Assembly: GCA_963674965.2 (NCBI GenBank)
Contig: CAXXFL010000006.1
Span: 832,001 to 896,000 of the forward strand
Length of the DNA: 64,000 nucleotides
Source of the DNA: a bacterium
Lineage (GTDB): Bacteria; RBG-13-61-14; DATKZS01
Direction of reading: 5' to 3'
A program made the position numbers and the translations under genes. Positions 59,268 through 64,000 of the stretch are shown piece by piece. The notes beneath the pieces are model-generated. The model saw only the letters and a program-made list of their open reading frames with translations. It made no database searches and was not told where the DNA came from. Numbering within the stretch: position 1 is the stretch's first letter; each line of letters begins with the position of its first letter.

Positions 59268-60083
59268 CTACTTGCATATCGATCGCTCGGCGTTCTCGGG
59301 ATCGAGAATCAAGAGGTGCTCGTTTAGCGACTCGAATAACTCCCTGGGGATACACTCCGATGAGACCGAAGAGGAAAGGGAGCGCCTGGTCGGAATGGTG
59401 GACTCGGCTAGCGCCTTCTCGACCGGAGAGACTAACGTCTCGCCCGTTAGCTTTTCAAGGGCCTCGGAAGCCGCCGTCTGGACAAGGAGCGACGCGTCGG
59501 TCTTCATGGCTAACTCAAGGGGGGACTTGAACTCGATGTAGCCGCTCGCCCCCAGTGAGCGCGCGGCCGAGGCTCGGACCACCGCGCTCTTATCGCGAAA
59601 TAGGGCCTTGCGGAGAGGCTCGAGGGAGGCAACAGCCGCCGCTCGGTCTTCCTCGGCCTTGCTTAGTTCGGCCAAGGCCGCCGCCGCCAGGGTCCTTGTG
59701 GCCAGGTCATGATTATTATCTCCACCTTCGAAAATATCGGTGAGCGAATCAATGGATTCATTAGCCTCAGCCTTGTTTTTGGAAGAGGCGAGTCCGCGTA
59801 TTTTCGCCCGCAGATTGGTTTCTCCAACGGGGGAGCGTTGTATGCCCTTCCTCGGCTCTTTGCGCTCGGTTGCGGTATTGGCGGGGACAGCCCGTTCTTT
59901 CACCGATGAGGATGAAGCTTGTTTTCCTGAAACTGCCGCGCCGGCGTCGCCGTCCGAGCCGGTCCTATCCATTCCTTGGCCGCAGCCCATGGAGGCCGCT
60001 ATGAATATTGAAAATAGAAACGCCAACGCGAGGCCAGTGGCTTTGTTAATAGTGATCCAGTTCCAGCAAGATAACCTTTTCAT
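59268..60083 (-). CDS. HEAT-repeat lipoprotein
   Basis: [56 protein letters not shown]. Confidence 0.85.
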   Translation of the reverse strand: MKRLSCWNWITINKATGLALAFLFSIFIAASMGCGQGMDRTGSDGDAGAAVSGKQASSSSVKERAVPANTATERKEPRKGIQRSPVGETNLRAKIRGLASSKNKAEANESIDSLTDIFEGGDNNHDLATRTLAAAALAELSKAEEDRAAAVASLEPLRKALFRDKSAVVRASAARSLGASGYIEFKSPLELAMKTDASLLVQTAASEALEKLTGETLVSPVEKALAESTIPTRRSLSSSVSSECIPRELFESLNEHLLILDPENAERSICK

Positions 60084-60106
60084 TTTATCCTCCTCTCCTT
60101 CTTCGA

Positions 60107-63100
60107 CTAAAACTGGGCCACCATCTGGCCGTTGGCGTATACGTACAACTTGCGGCTGATCAGCCGGAAGTCGCTAAGTCGGAAGGTCTTCTCGCATAGC
60201 ATTCGACCGCCTGGATCGTAGAAGTAGACAGTCGCCTCCTCCTCGGTCACCTTCAGGAATTTGTTTCCACCGGCGGTGTAATAGATTTTGACCTTGCCGT
60301 CGTCGGCGTCAACCAGCCGGTCGAAAAGATCGAAGCCGTACTTGTGCGTGGGCGTCTGGATAACGTTTCCACGAGAGTCGTGTACGTAATCTCCGATGGT
60401 TGGACCGTCAGTGGATGTATCACCGGCCTCCACAGAGGAGAGACGATTGAGATTGTCGTAGTAGTAATGATAGGACTCTGATGATCCCGGGTCCCATGTC
60501 AAGTCCTTAGATTCTCGATTACCTCTACGATCAAAACCATAGGCAACGTGCAAAAATGGCTCTACTGTAGTATTTCCAGCAAAATAAGACACATCGGAAA
60601 GATGCTGTTCCTTGTCGTAAGAGGCGTTAATTTTTAAAGCGGGTGCGCCATAAGGACCGATTTTAGCATTAAGCGGATTTAGGTAATTGTCGAAATTCAA
60701 GAAGGTGCCGTTGAAATAATTATAGCCGTATTGTTCTCTCCAATATGCGTATGCACCCGCTGGATTTATCAACATAATATCATTTGCAACGTCACTCCTG
60801 TCGGGAGACTGGGCTAAAGTGCGAATGTCTATCTGTGTTATAACGCCAAGGCCGTACAACTGATAAATGTCAGTTACCACGTCGTTTCCATAGCTAAGTC
60901 GCTTCAACGAGCCGTCAGGCTGATACTCTATGGCATCCATTATGTCATCGGAGCCGCTCTTAGCTATCGAGACCACCCTGCCTAGAAGGTCGCGAGTAAG
61001 GGTAATGGTCATGTCGCCGTCATAGTCCGACGACGTTATCTCGCCGTATTCGTTATAATCGTATTTAATATCGAAGTCGGCGTAATTAACTCCCATGGAA
61101 GTGGGGATTGTATAATGTATTGAAACCTCGTCAAGAAGAGGGGCCGAGTTGTTGTAATCGTAATCAATATCGTAGGAAACCTGGTTCCAGTCTCCCTCCT
61201 CCTTGGTCAGGCTGCCCGATCCCGAGTGATAGGTAAACTTGTAAAGAGGCTGATTGACGCCAACGGCCTGGATTTGCGTCACCCGATCGGCTCGGTCATA
61301 AGTCATGTTAACCACCGCGTTGTCCGAGGCCCTGATCGACGTTATCCGGCCTCTAGAGTCGCGCGTGAACCTCCTCTGGCCGGACTCGGGACTGTATGTG
61401 CCGATAACGTTTCCCTTGGCGTCGTAAGTGAATTCACGGTCCCCAATGCCGGCCCCGCTCTCCTCGGATATGGAAAGAAGCTCGCCCTTTGAGCCATAGT
61501 TATATTTAAACTTGCGAGGAGTAGGCCCGCCGCTCACGATCGGACCCTCGCGTTCCGTCATGTATAGTTCTCCCGGACTCGGACCCTTATAGATTTCCTT
61601 ATAACTGGTGGCGTAGGTTTCATGCTTACAAAGATACGAGCCGGAAACGCAGTCCACTGTAATATCGACTTCCAAACCGGAACTACCCGCCGCTCCATAC
61701 TCGTACGTTACGTACCTGCCGAACTTGCCCGATTCTCCAGTCTGGTCCGTTGAAAAAGCCGGTCTGCCAAAGGCGTCGTGGGCGCTGATGGATAGCGCTC
61801 CAATTGGATAGCTGTTATCGTCAATGTTTTCCGAGGTCACGGGCGAAAAAATATTCCTGGGCGCGCCGCATAAATCGCGCTCAACAAATTGCGCGAGAGT
61901 GTAGCCGTCGTCCGTTTCAACCTCGGTTTTCCAAGTCCTCCCCCAACCGTCGAGGTATTCGGTTAGCTCGCGACCGCCCGTAACGCTCTTTCGTTGTTTG
62001 GCGTAATAAAAATGATTGAGGTTGCCTTGGGAAGGGCCGTCAGTTGTGCTCGTGCCGGCCAAATAAGTTATCTCCGTGTCCTCGATATCACCGGGACGGA
62101 TAATGGACTTGAGACGACCAACGTTGTCATAAACGTATTGATATGAGAGCTCGTCGCCGCCGGCGTTAGGCACCGTTATTTGGGTCGCCTGTCCTAAAGC
62201 GTTATACGTCAAATCACCCGTCAAAGCTTCATCATAAAGCTTCACGGTCTGGGGGCGACCATTAACATAATCCTCGTACGCGTTTTTTACCGAGTCGTCG
62301 CCCGTGGCGTTGGTTACGTTTCCACCTGAGTCGTACTCCAGGCTTAGAGCGCTCATGTCAACCACTGAGGCCTGGAGGAGGCCATTAGTCATGTCCGTTC
62401 TGTACGTTCCAAGGTTGCCCGCGCCGCCGTTCAGGCTGGAGTCCGCGTTAGTCGTCACGCCGATCATGTAGGTGTCCCCGCTTACCTGGGCCTCGTGACT
62501 GAACTTGTAATTGCTCGTCCTCGAATAGCCCCCTCCTCCATCCATATATGACAAGACTTTCCCGGGGGAGTTATATATATTGAAATCGCTCGCCTCCATG
62601 TGATAGGTAACGCCGTCGCGAATAATTTGCACGCTGGAAATGGCCGGAATCGTGGGAGTCGGATCGATAAAATGTCGAGATAAGCCGCCAACGTCCCTGT
62701 CATAATAGACGTGGTAAGGAGTTGAAGAGCTCGAATTGTCGGATATCAACCGGATGCCATGCAAAAAGGGAGAGGGCAGACCAATCCAATTATATTCCAC
62801 GTCACTCAATGAAAAACTATCGCCACCGTCTCGAACGCCAAAAGTCTTTAATGCTTTAAGAAGATGCACGCGCCAAATCGAGCCGTTCTCGTTTATAGAG
62901 GGAGTGTCATAGTAATAATATTCCTTTTTCACGGAATGGAAGTGATTTTTTATATCCGTTTCGCCAGGCACGTAATCGGCGAAACATCGCAATATATGAG
63001 GATCATCGCCGTCCATCAGCTTGTCGATTTCTATCGTGGTCTTCAAGGTGCCCGCCTGATCTCCCGTGCCAACCCTCTTCATCGCGCTGAAAGCGTCAAA

Positions 63101-64000
63101 CCTGGCCCTTGCATAGGTCTCTGTCCCGGTTCTTATATAATTGGTTTCATATCGTTGATACGCGGAATTCCAGATTTCTATAGTGGGAAAATAACTGTTC
63201 CCATATAAAATCTGCGGATCATATTCAACCACGGTGTAGCTATAGGATACGTCGGCGCTCCATGGGGAGACAATTCGCTTCACGTCGCCTATATAACAAC
63301 TAATAACCACATCGCCTCCCAAGCATTGTTCATCAGAAAAACAGTATTCAATTTGCCGGTCTCCACAATATGAGACGCAATCGCAATATCCATTATCTCC
63401 AACTCCATAGAACGTGGCGGGCTCGAAATGCCAATGATCAGAAACTATATCGGGATCAAGATCGGTTGGAATACTGTTGCCGAATTCAACGACGGCCGCC
63501 TGGTCCAAAACGAAAGTGTCCACTAGTTGATAGTCGCTGGGGCCAACGTGGTGCAACGGGACATCGTTATCATAAAGAGGAGTATAAAATGATTCAGGCA
63601 CCACGTGGTAAATATAATAACGGCTGTAAAGAAGCGTTTCGTTTTGGCTGACCTCAAGCCTTTTAAGCTTTCCCGCCGGCCGGTTGGTCTTACGACACAC
63701 CAGGGTGTTTCCGTTCATGCATTCTATATTATTATATTGCGATATCTGGCTTGACACGTCCTCGTATTTGAAGTCGACTTTATAAATGGTATTGCCCGCT
63801 CCCTCGAGAGTCACTTTTTCAGGCATATTATAGAAACCGTAAATCGCCTCTTTATCCTCCTCAAGGTAATCTATGGTAACTTTAGAACCGTTTGGATAGT
63901 CGACCTCAACAAGCTTTAGCCTTACAGGTTCCCACGGCGGTGGAATATGACCCGACGTAAGCTTGTACGTCTTCTTGGTTCCATCAGGAAGGAAAAGGCG
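60107..64000 (-). CDS. YD/Rhs-repeat shell protein lacking the Rhs core (5' end beyond window)
   Basis: The frame stays open upstream of 63826 to the window edge (RLFLPDGTKKTY...). Repeats YNALGQ, YDNVGRL, YDAKGNV..SPESG, YYYDNLNRL, FDLFDRL; ends YFYDPGGRML..KLYVYANGQMVAQF*. Confidence 0.9.
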   Translation of the reverse strand, partial: RLFLPDGTKKTYKLTSGHIPPPWEPVRLKLVEVDYPNGSKVTIDYLEEDKEAIYGFYNMPEKVTLEGAGNTIYKVDFKYEDVSSQISQYNNIECMNGNTLVCRKTNRPAGKLKRLEVSQNETLLYSRYYIYHVVPESFYTPLYDNDVPLHHVGPSDYQLVDTFVLDQAAVVEFGNSIPTDLDPDIVSDHWHFEPATFYGVGDNGYCDCVSYCGDRQIEYCFSDEQCLGGDVVISCYIGDVKRIVSPWSADVSYSYTVVEYDPQILYGNSYFPTIEIWNSAYQRYETNYIRTGTETYARARFDAFSAMKRVGTGDQAGTLKTTIEIDKLMDGDDPHILRCFADYVPGETDIKNHFHSVKKEYYYYDTPSINENGSIWRVHLLKALKTFGVRDGGDSFSLSDVEYNWIGLPSPFLHGIRLISDNSSSSTPYHVYYDRDVGGLSRHFIDPTPTIPAISSVQIIRDGVTYHMEASDFNIYNSPGKVLSYMDGGGGYSRTSNYKFSHEAQVSGDTYMIGVTTNADSSLNGGAGNLGTYRTDMTNGLLQASVVDMSALSLEYDSGGNVTNATGDDSVKNAYEDYVNGRPQTVKLYDEALTGDLTYNALGQATQITVPNAGGDELSYQYVYDNVGRLKSIIRPGDIEDTEITYLAGTSTTDGPSQGNLNHFYYAKQRKSVTGGRELTEYLDGWGRTWKTEVETDDGYTLAQFVERDLCGAPRNIFSPVTSENIDDNSYPIGALSISAHDAFGRPAFSTDQTGESGKFGRYVTYEYGAAGSSGLEVDITVDCVSGSYLCKHETYATSYKEIYKGPSPGELYMTEREGPIVSGGPTPRKFKYNYGSKGELLSISEESGAGIGDREFTYDAKGNVIGTYSPESGQRRFTRDSRGRITSIRASDNAVVNMTYDRADRVTQIQAVGVNQPLYKFTYHSGSGSLTKEEGDWNQVSYDIDYDYNNSAPLLDEVSIHYTIPTSMGVNYADFDIKYDYNEYGEITSSDYDGDMTITLTRDLLGRVVSIAKSGSDDIMDAIEYQPDGSLKRLSYGNDVVTDIYQLYGLGVITQIDIRTLAQSPDRSDVANDIMLINPAGAYAYWREQYGYNYFNGTFLNFDNYLNPLNAKIGPYGAPALKINASYDKEQHLSDVSYFAGNTTVEPFLHVAYGFDRRGNRESKDLTWDPGSSESYHYYYDNLNRLSSVEAGDTSTDGPTIGDYVHDSRGNVIQTPTHKYGFDLFDRLVDADDGKVKIYYTAGGNKFLKVTEEEATVYFYDPGGRMLCEKTFRLSDFRLISRKLYVYANGQMVAQF

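Noticed and set aside
59245-59355. Listed start of the 3,323-aa ORF
   Set aside because: It overlaps the HEAT gene; ATG 59244 has AAGGAG and begins a lipoprotein-type signal.

Overview
This is a GC-rich bacterial window in which two minus-strand Rhs/polymorphic-toxin loci flank a ~21 kb integrative element. Right locus (47.3-64 kb): a YD/Rhs-repeat gene, open past the window end, stops exactly where the Rhs core should begin. It is followed by a HEAT-repeat lipoprotein and then a ~3,290-aa lipoprotein (beta-propeller plus dozens of DxDGDG repeats) whose C-terminus carries the missing Rhs core and a toxin, then an immunity gene. This apparently split Rhs is the best candidate for an undescribed system. 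Left locus (1-26.3 kb): a 2,900-aa secreted Rhs with a transglutaminase-like domain lacking its catalytic Cys and an EndoU-like toxin, an immunity gene, an orphan Rhs/CT-immunity module and a HEAT protein. It ends in a >4,600-aa secreted protein (QW/prenyltransferase barrels, 6 CARDB, Ig, discoidin, FG-GAP) that the ORF track missed because it has no stop inside the window. Both left-locus toxin tips begin with a type IV pilin-like N-terminus directly after the Rhs cleavage motif. The island carries a satellite-like core (tyrosine integrase, Prim-Pol/P4-type primase-helicase, HTH genes, putative ori) and a DUF499/DUF1156/SNF2-DUF3883 defence operon. Its methylase is broken by a frameshift and an IS3-family element, and a PIN toxin-antitoxin pair is embedded in it. 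All domain calls come from motif recognition by eye; no searches were run.
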